From Pyrodictium abyssi (GTDB lineage Archaea > Thermoproteota > Thermoprotei_A > Sulfolobales > Pyrodictiaceae): a stretch of 32,000 bases of DNA. The stretch spans positions 1,320,001-1,352,000 of the forward strand of contig NZ_AP028907.1 in NCBI RefSeq assembly GCF_036323395.1, read 5' to 3'. The notes under the pieces were generated by a model. It was not told the origin of the DNA, made no database searches, and worked only from the letters and a program-made list of their open reading frames with translations. This document shows positions 1 to 9,374 of the stretch, piece after piece (positions within the stretch are counted from its first letter, which is position 1; every line of letters begins with the position of its first letter). The position numbers were made by a program, and so were the translations under genes.

Positions 1-2
1 AG

Positions 3-554
3 ATGGGCTACATGCTGCTCGGCCTCGCCGTGGCCAACCCCCTGGGAGAGGCCGGCGCCATGCTGCACTACGTCGCGCACGCTCTGGGGAAAGCCATCCT
101 CTTCGGGGTAGCCGGCGTCTTCATAGTGGGGCTGGGCACGCGGAAGCTGGAGGACCTAGGCGGGCTCCTATCGCGGATGCCATACACCGCTGCTGTCTCG
201 CTGCTAGGCTTCATGCTGATAGCCGGTCTGCCGCCTACGCTCGGCCTGTGGAGCGAGGTCTACTTGGTCTTCGGGTTCGCCGACTGGGCTAAGGCCTACG
301 GGCCCGGCGTGTTTGTGCTACTAGCAGCTGCCACCGCTGCTGCTATGACGCTTACCGCTGTCTACAGCTTCCTAGCGTTCAAGAACATGTTCCTCGGCGC
401 ACCTGGGCCGGCTCATGAACGTGCCAGCGAGGTCCGCGTGGGAGGGCTGCTAGCGCCGCTACTTGTGATGGCCGTCCTGGGCGTCGTGTTGTTCCTCGTG
501 GTGGGCGCTATAGCCGGCCCGATGCTGGAGACTATGAAGCTTGTCTACAGCTAG
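3..554 (+). CDS. nuoM: Complex I-like NADH:quinone oxidoreductase, antiporter-type membrane subunit (NuoM/ND4-like), C-terminal 183 codons; the 5' end lies outside the window
   Basis: Open from the window edge. Hydrophobic, with Nuo L/M/N-family motifs (HYVAHALGKAILF, GGLLSRMPYTA, AGLPPTLGLWSEVYL). Followed directly by nuoL and nuoN. Calling it M rather than another paralogue is a judgement. Confidence 0.7.
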   Translation: MGYMLLGLAVANPLGEAGAMLHYVAHALGKAILFGVAGVFIVGLGTRKLEDLGGLLSRMPYTAAVSLLGFMLIAGLPPTLGLWSEVYLVFGFADWAKAYGPGVFVLLAAATAAAMTLTAVYSFLAFKNMFLGAPGPAHERASEVRVGGLLAPLLVMAVLGVVLFLVVGAIAGPMLETMKLVYS

Positions 555-585
555 AGCCCCATGGGCTGGCTCGGGGTGAAGCGCC

Positions 586-2661
586 GTGGAGGCTGCTGGG
601 CTGGCGGCTGCTGCGGCCGTGGCCTCCGGCTATGCCGCTGCCTTCCTAGCGCTGGTGCTGACGGTCCTCGGCGCCGGGTGGAGGACGATAGCGTGGACTG
701 GTGTAGCGGGGACCGCAGCTGCCGCCGCTTTCTCCTGGCTTGCGCTCCTCCAGGGCGAGGGTAGGGTGGCCTACCCGTGGGTGCCCGGGCTTGGGGTCGA
801 CCTGGCGCTACGGGTCGACATGCTCTCGGGGATCGTGGGGGCTGTTGTCGCTACTCTTAGCCTGCTCATAGCGCTGTACAGCGTGGAGTACATCGGGGAG
901 TGGGGTGCTGCGAGGTACTGGCTCTTCTACAGCTTCTTCGTAGCCAGTATGCTGCTCCTAGTATACGCCGACGACCTGGTGGTCATGTTCATAGGCTGGG
1001 AGGGCACCGGGCTCGCTAGCTGGGCTCTCATAAGCTTCTACTACGACGACCGGGAGGAGGCCTGGGTAGGCGACCCTGGGCGTAAGAGGCTAGGCGTGCC
1101 GATGTGGTTCACTCCGACGCATAGCGGGCTCCGCGCCATCTCGTTCACAAGGGTAGGCGACATGGCTATGCTGATAGGCATAGGCCTGGTGGCCGCCGTG
1201 TTGGGCTCTACTAGTATCTCCGCTATGGAGGAGCGTGCCTCCTGGCTGCTCTCTGAGCTCAACATGAGAGGGCTTGTCGCCGCCTGGATAGCGTTCTTCT
1301 ACCTAGGCGCGTTGGCGAAGAGCGCGCAGTTCCCCTTCCACGAGTGGCTCGTGACGGCTATGACTGGCCCGACGTCTGTGTCTGCGCTGATACACGCCGC
1401 CACCATGGTCAAGGCTGGTGTATACTTCGCGCTGAGGTTCACCCCGGCCGTAGCCGCGGAGCTCGCGCTCCTCCACGGCACAGGCCTCGGGGTCTACGAG
1501 GCTATGGCGTGGATAGCCCTGCTCACCGCGTTCTCGACAGCATCCATGGCCATAGTGGCTAGGGAGCTGAAGCTTATACTAGCCTTCTCCACTGCTAGCC
1601 AGCTCTCCTACATGATGGCCGCCGTCTTCGCGGCAGCCGCTGCGGGCGACCCCAGTCTAGGAAGCCTCGGCGGCCTAGCCCACCTCGTCTCCCACGCCGT
1701 GTTCAAGGCCGCGCTCTTCCTCGCCGCTGGCGCCGTTATACACGAGGTGCACAGCCGCTACGTGACGGACATGGGCGGCCTACGCCGCTACATGCCCTAC
1801 ACGTTCGCCGCGATGCTGCTCGCCGGGCTGAGCCTAGCCGCTCTGCCGCCGTTCTCCGGCTGGTGGACAAAGGACCTAGCCGTCCAGGCCATCAGCCTGC
1901 TCGGCGGCAGGGCGAGTATGGTGGCGCTAGCCACGGCCGTGCTGACAGGGTTCTACACCATAAGGATGCTGTACTACGTCTTCCTCGCCCCGCCGAGGCG
2001 GGAGCTGCACGCAGAGGAGCCCGGGAAGCTCATGCTCGCGCCCTACCTGGCCCTGGGCGTGGCGTCTCTCGGGCTCGGGCTCGTGTGGCCCTGGCTAGAA
2101 CACTTCTTCGCCGAGGCCGCCGGGGCCCTCCACCCCGAGCTGAAGGAGCACATAGCCGTCTACGGCACGCTGGCCGCCGTGCTAGGCGTGTCCGGCATAG
2201 CGCTCTACGCTGCCCGCCTGCTCCCGCTCAGCCGCGTGGAGGAGAAGCCCCTGCTCGGCGCTCTGCACGGGTTCCTCTACGACCGCTGGCTGGTAAACCC
2301 GCTTCTGTACAGGCTAGTGGTCTACCCCGGCGCCGGTCTCTCCCGGGCGCTGGCCCGGCTCGAGAGCTGGCTAGACCTAGCAGTACACCAGGGCATCGCC
2401 GGCCTTGGCGCCCGGGCTGTCGAGGTGCTCAGCACGAGAGCCGAGAAGCAGATGGACGCCGAGCTGCACGAGGCCCTGCCGCGCCGGATGGCCGTGCTAA
2501 GCGCGCTTGTGCGCCGGGCCCAGAGCGGCGACGTGAGGCTGTACCTAGCCTACTTCATGGCAGGCATGGTTCTCGCCGCCACGCTGTCAGCCGTTGTGAT
2601 ATTCTTCATCGCTCACACTGTTGCACCAGCTATAGAGTCGGTCCACGTAGCGGGGTGGTAG
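586..2661 (+). CDS. nuoL: NADH:quinone oxidoreductase subunit L (ND5-like)
   Basis: 691-codon ORF with a GTG start 31 nt after the previous stop. Motifs GWEGTGLASWALISFYY, KSAQFPFHEWL and HAATMVKAGVY. A long amphipathic C-terminal segment followed by a final TM helix is the lateral-helix architecture specific to NuoL. Confidence 0.9.
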   Translation: MEAAGLAAAAAVASGYAAAFLALVLTVLGAGWRTIAWTGVAGTAAAAAFSWLALLQGEGRVAYPWVPGLGVDLALRVDMLSGIVGAVVATLSLLIALYSVEYIGEWGAARYWLFYSFFVASMLLLVYADDLVVMFIGWEGTGLASWALISFYYDDREEAWVGDPGRKRLGVPMWFTPTHSGLRAISFTRVGDMAMLIGIGLVAAVLGSTSISAMEERASWLLSELNMRGLVAAWIAFFYLGALAKSAQFPFHEWLVTAMTGPTSVSALIHAATMVKAGVYFALRFTPAVAAELALLHGTGLGVYEAMAWIALLTAFSTASMAIVARELKLILAFSTASQLSYMMAAVFAAAAAGDPSLGSLGGLAHLVSHAVFKAALFLAAGAVIHEVHSRYVTDMGGLRRYMPYTFAAMLLAGLSLAALPPFSGWWTKDLAVQAISLLGGRASMVALATAVLTGFYTIRMLYYVFLAPPRRELHAEEPGKLMLAPYLALGVASLGLGLVWPWLEHFFAEAAGALHPELKEHIAVYGTLAAVLGVSGIALYAARLLPLSRVEEKPLLGALHGFLYDRWLVNPLLYRLVVYPGAGLSRALARLESWLDLAVHQGIAGLGARAVEVLSTRAEKQMDAELHEALPRRMAVLSALVRRAQSGDVRLYLAYFMAGMVLAATLSAVVIFFIAHTVAPAIESVHVAGW

Positions 2662-2662
2662 C

Positions 2663-4117
2663 GTGGCTGCCCCACTGCTAGCTGGCCTCGAGTTCACCAG
2701 GGTCGTCGAGTACGGGTTCCTGGCTGTGATAGCGGGATACGCGTTTACAGGGCTAGTGGCTCCTCTGTGGGGGCCGCGGGCCACCCGGCTAAGCCTCTAC
2801 GCCGCCACCATGGTGGCTCTGGCTGCTGCACTCTACGCGTCGCTGGCCTTCACCCCCGCGGGGGGCTACGTGGTGGCTTTCGACGGGGCAGTGGTTGTTG
2901 ACACCTACACCGTGTTCCTCCTGTCCATCGCCGTGGTTGTGTTCGCCCTCGCAGCTATAGCAGCCTCCAGCGTGGTGGACTACTGGGACTCCGGCGAGGC
3001 GTTCTACGCCGTAACCGGGTTCATGGCCCTAGGCGTGATAGTGCTGGGCCTCTCCCGTATCCTGTACCTGGTGTACGTCGCGTGGATACTCGCCGCGGTC
3101 TCGGGCTACATACTGATAGCTCTCCGCCGCGGCCCCGTCTCGGCAGAGGCCTCGATAAAGTATGCTGTCACCGGCGCCGTGGCCACGATAATACTCCTGC
3201 TGGACCTCGTGCTGTTCTACGTGGTGCGCGGGGGCGCCGAGATAGCGCCCGGGGTCCGGCTGAGCGATCCACTCTTCATAACCCCGGTGGTGGCCCTCGC
3301 AATAGTAGCCGTGGGCTTCAAGATGGGTGTTGTCCCGTTCCACGGCTGGGTAGTAGACGTCTACGGCAACGCTAGGCCCCTGGCCGTCGCCGTGGCGAGC
3401 GCGGCCGCAAAGATAATAGCCGCGCTGCTCATAGTCAAGCTCGTAGCCCCGTTCACAGCCGCACAGCCCGAGATAGTGCTCTGGACCGCAGGCATCCTAG
3501 CAGCGATAACCATGTTCTACGGCAACATAGGCGCACTGCTCACAGTAAGGGACTCGCCCCAGAAGACCCTAGCCTACAGCAGCATAGCCCAGGCAAGCTA
3601 CATCGTAGCCGGCTTCGCCGCGCTCGCGAAGCTACCAGGCGTAGACAACCACGCAGCGCTAGCCGGTATAGCGCTGCACACGGCAGGCTACGCGTTCGCC
3701 AAGCTAGCCAGCTTCCTAGTCCTAGACACCGCGTGCGAGAGCGAGGGCAAATGCACCTGGAACTCCCTACGCGGCCTAGCATTCCGCAACCCGGTGGCAG
3801 CCGCCGCGCTCATAATCGCGCTCGCAGCCCTAGCCGGGACGCCGCCGACGCTCGGCTTCTGGGGCAAGCTATACCTCCTCATAGCAGCGGTCTCCGCGAG
3901 CCCAGTGCTCGCAGCAATAATGGTCATTAACTTCGGCCTAGGCATATTCTACTACGGCTACACGATATACGCAGTGGCCACCGGCCCGCGGCAGTCAGGC
4001 GAGAAGCCCACCGCCCGCGACGTAGCGGCACTCGCAGCAGCAGTCTCCACCGTCATACTCGGCCTAGCACCCTGGGAGGCGTACGGCCTAACAGTCTACG
4101 CCTACACCAGCACATAG
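2663..4117 (+). CDS. nuoN: NADH:quinone oxidoreductase subunit N (ND2-like)
   Basis: 484-codon polytopic ORF with a GTG start 1 nt after the nuoL stop. Motifs VPFHGWVVDVYG, YSSIAQASYIV and GTPPTLGFWGKLYLL are typical of NuoN. Confidence 0.85.
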   Translation: MAAPLLAGLEFTRVVEYGFLAVIAGYAFTGLVAPLWGPRATRLSLYAATMVALAAALYASLAFTPAGGYVVAFDGAVVVDTYTVFLLSIAVVVFALAAIAASSVVDYWDSGEAFYAVTGFMALGVIVLGLSRILYLVYVAWILAAVSGYILIALRRGPVSAEASIKYAVTGAVATIILLLDLVLFYVVRGGAEIAPGVRLSDPLFITPVVALAIVAVGFKMGVVPFHGWVVDVYGNARPLAVAVASAAAKIIAALLIVKLVAPFTAAQPEIVLWTAGILAAITMFYGNIGALLTVRDSPQKTLAYSSIAQASYIVAGFAALAKLPGVDNHAALAGIALHTAGYAFAKLASFLVLDTACESEGKCTWNSLRGLAFRNPVAAAALIIALAALAGTPPTLGFWGKLYLLIAAVSASPVLAAIMVINFGLGIFYYGYTIYAVATGPRQSGEKPTARDVAALAAAVSTVILGLAPWEAYGLTVYAYTST

Positions 4118-4360
4118 ACAGCATTCAATGCTTCTTCGGGACCCCTACACGGTACAAGGCGGAACTAAGGCCCCATATCAGCAGCTCCCGAGGAAGCCTC
4201 TTCTCCTTCCAACCGTGAAGGGGACGGCAGTGGTAGAAGGCAGGGGTAGCTAGTGGGCTCTGCATCCTGGTTCTCGCTCTGCCCCGCTTCGCCCCCTGCA
4301 CGGGGGCATCCGGGGCCTCACCGCTCACCCATAGGTAGGGGCACACTGTACCTCCTATAA

Positions 4361-5053
4361 GTGGTTCGGCCGGCCAAAATACGGGGGGAATGGTGCCAGA
4401 GGGTGGCTAGCAGCAGAGTTGCGTGCTTCCTCGACGAGGCAGGGCCCAGCGGCGACGCTCCATGCATGTGCGTCGCTGCTGTCTGCTTCCCCCGCGAAGC
4501 CGCCAGCCTGGAGAAGCTGGGAGCCCACGCGTACCGGGAGGTCATGCGGCTACTAGGGAAGAGCACCGAGGCTAGACAATGCCTAAGCACCTACACCCCG
4601 CCGCACACAAACACATACAAGGCGAGGAGGTGCATTGAGCTCAAGTGGCGCTGGGCCAAGAGAGAAGCTGAGAGAAGAGGAATAAGAGCAAAGAAGCTCG
4701 TAGAAGCAATCAGGGCAGCAGCCATAGCCGCGACAGCCAAATGCAAAAAGACAACAGTCTTCTCGGAGGACATCCGCGTAGAGCTGACCTATCTAGTACT
4801 CACCGACGTCCTAGAAGCACTCAAAAGAAAGCATGGGATGGAGATGCCGAGAATCATAGTAGTGCTCGACAAGAGCCTCGTACAGAGCAGGGAGAGGCAG
4901 TCCGGGCTAAAGAGGTCAATAACCGGCATAGCCTCAATAGAGTCCAGGGACAGCGCCAAGACCATAGGCATAAAGCCAAGCCGACATCCTAGCCGGATAC
5001 TACCGCGACAAACGCAAAAACAACCCCTAGAGAAGTACAAGCCAAGCAATTAA
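4361..5053 (+). pseudogene. DUF3800-like gene with an apparent +1 frame break near its 3' end
   Basis: The N-terminus has a DUF3800-type motif (ACFLDEAG, family consensus Y-I-D-E-S-G); a plausible real start is the GTG at 4403. The listed frame ends in a non-hydrophobic tail (..DSAKTIGIKPSRHPSRILPRQ..). The +1 frame from 4974 reads SQADILAGYYRDKRKNNP-stop (stop 5028-5030). Joined to ..SRDSAKTIGI, this recreates the conserved DUF3800 C-terminal DS....GIQ.AD.LAG motif. Confidence 0.55.
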
Positions 5054-6722
5054 ACACCACCAAAGGAGCTAGCTCATGCATCAAACACCGGCCGGAAAGA
5101 TATAAAGGCATGCAATATACTGTGGCCGGCCTCTGGGCACTAAAACACATTGATGCCCAAAGAGCACACCAAGCATGTGTTATTGCTAGTAATATTCGTC
5201 TTGCTAGTTGCTGTTATGGTAAGCTATATTTATACAAAACTTAACAACATAAGCTTCTTTGCAGTAAGCATAAGCTATAAGGAAAACACCCTGGCAACAG
5301 CCTACTGCATAGGATACTGTGCCACCAACCCATCACACCACATAACAGTTGAAGACCTAGTCGAAGAACTAAGCCTTACGTTGGCAATAGGTCCGCCATC
5401 TTACGATGCAGATAGAACAAATAGAACAATCTTAGAATACATTGCAAATACAATTGAAACAGCACCTCTAAGAAGACAGATAAGATGTTTACTTCCGAGA
5501 AACCCTTTCCACCCCCAACTAGCTAGTGTTCCAGTCACGAGTATCGCAAGCGTAAAGAGATATAATGGCATTATCTATATATACCTAAGAAACAACTCTC
5601 AAGACCCTTACAACATTACACTAAATACCTACATAGTAGTGGATGTCACAAACAACACTGAAAACATAAAATATACCATACGAGTAATCTATCTTCTAAC
5701 TATTATAGCTACAACTATTGACATGATTCTCCTCCTTTATAAATACGAGGTCTATTCTAATAAGACGCTGCGTGCCATTTTGTTACTCCTAGCATACACA
5801 TCGCTTATAATGACCCTCTATACTATTACATGGGTTGCTTCAGGGCTACAAAACACTACTACAGTCGAGTTTATGCGGCACGCAACTGCCGTCATGTTAT
5901 TCGCGACAACAGCAAGCATTATAACAATATTGCTATTGCGACTTCCACAAATAGCTTTCGGACAAGCCAATGATCATTTGAAAAGGGAAAAGGACTTTCA
6001 ATTGCTTCCCATCATCGTATTTATAACCTCTATAATAGGTATTAAATACCTACCACGCCTCCTTCATGTTGTTCCAATACATGATGTATCTGGCCTAATT
6101 TCTATAGTAATTACAATACTAATATACTTACCCCTCCAGCTTCTGGAAACTCGAAATGATAATCAAATAGAGTTCCTTTTGCAAGTATTGATGTTAATAT
6201 GTACCCTAAATGCTTTCATTCATCTAGCCATATTAGCTATGTATGTGGGCGTCTACGAAGGTGGATGGTTTACTTTTTCTCCCAACAATCCACTGAAAAA
6301 TGTAATTCTCACCATACCAGCCATAATATTGATGTTAGTTACATACGTTATTGAGATGCCTCTCAAAAATTATAGTATAAAAAGTATAAAATTTATTCGT
6401 GAGTTCATGTTGTGGCTAGCAGCCATTGCGTATGCGATACTCGTGATATGGCTCTGGATCTTTCTTGAACGCATCTTTAGCAACTCTCAAGTCGCTGTCA
6501 AGATCCTGGTTATTGTCCTGGCACTGGTTGCATTCGCTATATTTCTGCCATTAGTTCGTCAAATAGAAAATCTATACAACAATTTGCGCAACTAGTCTCT
6601 GACACCACATGGCTCTTAGCACATAGCCATGCAAGGTTCTTGGCTTTCCGTTTACCGGTGTCTGGCTCTCTGAATGAAACCTCCTAGGAGCTTCTGAGGT
6701 GCTAAAACCATTATTTGATGCT
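5040..6722. other. Low-GC islet embedded in high-GC DNA (putative horizontally acquired segment)
   Basis: Hand counts of 60-nt lines give 24/60 G+C at 5161-5220 and 19/60 at 5641-5700, against 38/60 at 7021-7080 in the neighbouring cbiO. It lies between two conserved operons (nuo, cbi). A weak gapped direct repeat sits at the borders: 5137-5156 gcactaaaacacattgatgc and 6699-6721 gtgctaaaaccattatttgatgc. Confidence 0.55.
5153..6595 (+). CDS. Polytopic membrane protein of unknown function: N-terminal TM anchor, ~160-aa extracytoplasmic domain rich in N-x-S/T sequons, then about 9 TM helices
   Basis: A 480-codon ORF that stays open despite AT-rich sequence, which would normally be dense in stop codons, so coding is strongly supported. 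ATG at 5153 (the track starts at the TTG at 5150). TATA-like tataaa at 5101-5106 and aatatac at 5114-5120. Sequons include NIS, NRT, NNS, NIT, NNT, NKT and NTT. I recognised no family motif. A hairpin CATGGCT(10 nt)AGCCATG at 6608-6631 follows the stop. Confidence 0.75.
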   Translation: MPKEHTKHVLLLVIFVLLVAVMVSYIYTKLNNISFFAVSISYKENTLATAYCIGYCATNPSHHITVEDLVEELSLTLAIGPPSYDADRTNRTILEYIANTIETAPLRRQIRCLLPRNPFHPQLASVPVTSIASVKRYNGIIYIYLRNNSQDPYNITLNTYIVVDVTNNTENIKYTIRVIYLLTIIATTIDMILLLYKYEVYSNKTLRAILLLLAYTSLIMTLYTITWVASGLQNTTTVEFMRHATAVMLFATTASIITILLLRLPQIAFGQANDHLKREKDFQLLPIIVFITSIIGIKYLPRLLHVVPIHDVSGLISIVITILIYLPLQLLETRNDNQIEFLLQVLMLICTLNAFIHLAILAMYVGVYEGGWFTFSPNNPLKNVILTIPAIILMLVTYVIEMPLKNYSIKSIKFIREFMLWLAAIAYAILVIWLWIFLERIFSNSQVAVKILVIVLALVAFAIFLPLVRQIENLYNNLRN

Positions 6723-6757
6723 GTATCTGTGTATGGGAGGAGTGCTACATCCCTTCC

Positions 6758-7591
6758 TTAGCGCACTAGTGCTGATGTGTCGGAGAAACAGTGTCCGGGT
6801 GCCTTCGCCTTCCTGGCTTTGGCTATGGTTTCTGCTAGCTTGTTCCAGCCGCCTAGGCGGTCGCGGAGGAGCCTTATGCAGAGCGGCAGGGGTAGTGGGG
6901 TCTCCTCGAAGAGCCCCTCTCGCAGGGCCTCGAGGGTCGGCATGCACTCCGCCCTACCGTCTCGGAGGATGCAGGTCCTTGTGGACAGCTCGGCTATCGC
7001 GTCGAGGTCGTGGCTGGCCATCACCACTGTCTTGCCCTGCTCCGCGGCCTCCCTGATGGCGTCGGCTATTGCTTCTACGCCGCGGCGGTCCAGGTTGGCT
7101 GTAGGCTCGTCGAGTAGGAGCACGTCGGGGTTGTAGACTAGTATTGAGGCTAGTGCTACTAGGCGGCGCTGGCCCACGCTGAGCCGGTAGGGGGGCCGGT
7201 CTAGCAGCCCCTGGAGCCCGAGCCTCTCCGTCGTCTCCTCTACGCGGGCTCGTACCTCGTCCTCCGGCGTCCCGAGGCTGCGGAGGGCGTAGGCTATCTC
7301 GTCGTAGACCGTGGGGTTGAAGAGCTGGTCGTCCGGGTTCTGGAAGAGCACTCCTATCCTCCGGCGCGCCCCGGGCAGCTGCTCGTGGAGGGGCCGGCCG
7401 TCTAGGAGCACCTCGCCGCGGCTGGGGCGTAGGAGCCCGGCGAGCACCAGGATGAGCGTGGACTTGCCGCAGCCCGTGGGCCCGGCTAGCGCTACTACCT
7501 CGCCGGGCCCGGCGCGTAGGCTGACGCCGCGGAGCACTGGGGCCCGGCGCGTGTAGCCGAACCAGACCCCGCGTGCCTCAATGACCGGCAA
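6758..7591 (-). CDS. cbiO: ECF/cobalt-type ABC transporter ATP-binding protein (CbiO/EcfA-like)
   Basis: Walker A GPTGCGKST, signature LSVGQRRLVALA, Walker B LLLDEPTANLD and H-loop SHD. TTG start at 7591 overlaps the cbiQ stop by 14 nt. Last gene of the cbiMNQO array. Confidence 0.9.
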   Translation of the reverse strand: MPVIEARGVWFGYTRRAPVLRGVSLRAGPGEVVALAGPTGCGKSTLILVLAGLLRPSRGEVLLDGRPLHEQLPGARRRIGVLFQNPDDQLFNPTVYDEIAYALRSLGTPEDEVRARVEETTERLGLQGLLDRPPYRLSVGQRRLVALASILVYNPDVLLLDEPTANLDRRGVEAIADAIREAAEQGKTVVMASHDLDAIAELSTRTCILRDGRAECMPTLEALREGLFEETPLPLPLCIRLLRDRLGGWNKLAETIAKARKAKAPGHCFSDTSALVR

Positions 7592-8348
7592 CTAGGCTCA
7601 GCCCTAGGGCCGCTATAGCCGCTGCAGAGGGTAGATAAGCGAGGGCTTCCGCGCGGCCCCGGGCCTCCCTCCTGTACTCGGCGGGGCCTGCTGAGAGGCT
7701 GCGGGCTTCGAGAGCCATGCTGAGCACCATTGCGCGCTGGGTGCTGCGTGTCAGCAGCTCGCCCACAGCCGTGGCTAGTAGCCTCCACTCCTCGGCTAGC
7801 CCCCTGCGGCCGAGGCTCCGGGCCCTGCGCGCCGCCAGCATGCGGAGCGCCTCGGCCGCTAGGAGCGGCGTGTAGCGTAGCACGAGCCGGAGGGACTCCG
7901 TGAACTCGCGGGGAGCGCCTAGCCGGTGCATGCCCTCGGCTAGGCACCGCCAGCCCACGAGCCCTGCTACGGAGGAGACCATGACGGCAGAGGCTGTTAT
8001 CCGGGCCACGAAGGCCAGGGCCTCCCCGCCCCTGCCCCCGAGCAGGAGAGGGAGGGACACGACCAGCGAGGCCGCGGCCGCGTAGGCGACGGGCTGGAGG
8101 ACTAGCGCTGCGCTGCCCCGCCGGGCGAGGAGCAGGTAGGCTAGCGGAGCTGCTGAGCCCGCGAGACCCGCCAGCGCTGGGGCCATGGAGGCCGAGGATG
8201 AGACTAGCGCTACACCGGCTAGGAGTAGTAGGAAAACCAGCTCGGGGCGCCGGGGGCGGACTAGGCCCTCAGCTGCTGCTAGGCGTGTCGAGGCGTCTCT
8301 CAGAGCTCCTAGGAACTTCTCAGCCGCTCTATCCAGGCCGCGGGTCAC
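7578..8348 (-). CDS. cbiQ: ECF transporter transmembrane (T) component CbiQ
   Basis: Polytopic protein with a C-terminal A-x-x-x-A-L-E-A-R-S motif (MVLSMALEARSL), typical of CbiQ/EcfT. The track ORF extends to 8474, but that extension overlaps cbiN. The GTG at 8348 forms a GTGA start/stop overlap with the cbiN stop (8345-8347), so I prefer it as the start. Confidence 0.8.
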   Translation of the reverse strand: MTRGLDRAAEKFLGALRDASTRLAAAEGLVRPRRPELVFLLLLAGVALVSSSASMAPALAGLAGSAAPLAYLLLARRGSAALVLQPVAYAAAASLVVSLPLLLGGRGGEALAFVARITASAVMVSSVAGLVGWRCLAEGMHRLGAPREFTESLRLVLRYTPLLAAEALRMLAARRARSLGRRGLAEEWRLLATAVGELLTRSTQRAMVLSMALEARSLSAGPAEYRREARGRAEALAYLPSAAAIAALGLSLVAGH

Positions 8349-8638
8349 CGCCTGGCCAGCCTCGCTGCTGCAAGGCCTATGGCTAGTATTACGGCTACGC
8401 CGATGGCCCCGGCTACTATGTAGCCTATGGTGTCGGGTAGGCCTGGGACAGTGTAGTCGCTGAACGGCGTCCACTCGGCTACCTGGTGCTCCTCGAGGCC
8501 TAGCTTCTCGGCCGCTACGTCGAGGGGCTCGTGGTAGCCCACCTTCTCTGCCAGCACTACGCCGAAGACAGGGCTCGCTAGGAGGAGCACAGCAGCCGCG
8601 AGGAGAGCACCACGGTGCCTCGAGAGCACGCCCGCCAC
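8345..8638 (-). CDS. cbiN: Small membrane component of the Cbi/Nik ECF transporter (CbiN/NikN-like, PDGLE-domain type)
   Basis: 97 aa with an N-terminal TM/signal-like helix, a soluble segment HEPLDVAAEKLGLEE (PDGLE-like) and a C-terminal TM helix. Sits between cbiM and cbiQ. Confidence 0.65.
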   Translation of the reverse strand: MAGVLSRHRGALLAAAVLLLASPVFGVVLAEKVGYHEPLDVAAEKLGLEEHQVAEWTPFSDYTVPGLPDTIGYIVAGAIGVAVILAIGLAAARLARR

Positions 8639-8660
8639 GGCACGCTCACCCCCGCTGGGC

Positions 8661-9326
8661 CTAGACTGTGGCTTTCATGGCCACCTTCTCGGCCGCCTCC
8701 ACTATGGGGCTACGGCGCTGGTAGAGGTAGTCCACGACCAGCGCTGTTATCACGCCCTCTATCACGCCGAGGATGGCGTGCCACGTGGCCATTACTGGCA
8801 CTGATACCTCCACGCCGTAGGGGAAGGACGGGCTAAGCCCTATCTCCACGCCCGCTGCTATCCCCGCCGCTACTATGCCTAGCCAGCCGCCCAGGAAGGC
8901 GCCGAGCAGCCTGGCTCTACGGGAGCCGCCCAGAGCGCCGGCGACTGCGCGGTAAACCGCGTAGCCCACCACAACGTCCACCACGGCCATGTTGAGGATG
9001 TTGGCGCCTAGGGCTGTTATCCCGCCGTCGTGGAATACTAGCGTCTGCACAGCCAGCACCAGCGCCATCACGTAGAAGCCTAGCCAGGGCCCGAACAGTA
9101 TGCCCGCTAGCGCGCCGCCCACGAAGTGGAGCGAAGTGCCGCCCGGCAGAGGCCAGTTCAGCATCTGCGCCACGAAGATGCCCGCCGCTAGGACGGACAT
9201 AGAGACTACCTGCTCGGGGCCTAGCCGCCCCCTTATCCTCCTCCAGGCCGCCAGGGCGTATGCTATGGCCGCCGCGTAGGTGACGGCTATCCAGAATGGG
9301 TCCAGAAACCCGTCGGGTATGTGCAA
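8661..9326 (-). CDS. cbiM: ECF transporter substrate-capture component CbiM/NikM (Co2+/Ni2+)
   Basis: Begins M-H-I-P-D-G-F-L, the hallmark CbiM N-terminus whose Met1 amine and His2 bind the metal. Seven TM helices. The initiator is a TTG (9326-9324). Confidence 0.9.
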   Translation of the reverse strand: MHIPDGFLDPFWIAVTYAAAIAYALAAWRRIRGRLGPEQVVSMSVLAAGIFVAQMLNWPLPGGTSLHFVGGALAGILFGPWLGFYVMALVLAVQTLVFHDGGITALGANILNMAVVDVVVGYAVYRAVAGALGGSRRARLLGAFLGGWLGIVAAGIAAGVEIGLSPSFPYGVEVSVPVMATWHAILGVIEGVITALVVDYLYQRRSPIVEAAEKVAMKATV

Positions 9327-9374
9327 GCCCTCTGCGCCCCCAGGTGCACCTTTTCCAAGAGAGAGGTGTAACCC

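Noticed and set aside
1863-2681. Long ORFs overlapping real genes out of frame or antisense. Examples: 1863..2681, 7495..7947, 11358..11735, 14587..15204, 21290..21847, 26020..26517, 6715..7056.
   Set aside because: Their products are Arg/Pro/Gly/Ala-rich low-complexity strings, typical of shadow ORFs in high-GC DNA. Each overlaps a gene with clear family motifs.
6670-6696. CTGA-ATGAAAC-(12 nt)-CTGA spacing that mimics the D'/C'/guide/D layout of a C/D sRNA.
   Set aside because: No upstream C box lies at the required distance, the C'-like box lacks the UGA-UGA core, and there is no terminal stem.
5137-6721. The border repeat of the low-GC islet as a bona fide att duplication.
   Set aside because: It has only 17 identical positions, with 2 mismatches and 2 gaps, and no integrase or tRNA target nearby. 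I keep it as a weak observation inside the islet finding rather than as a mobile-element call.
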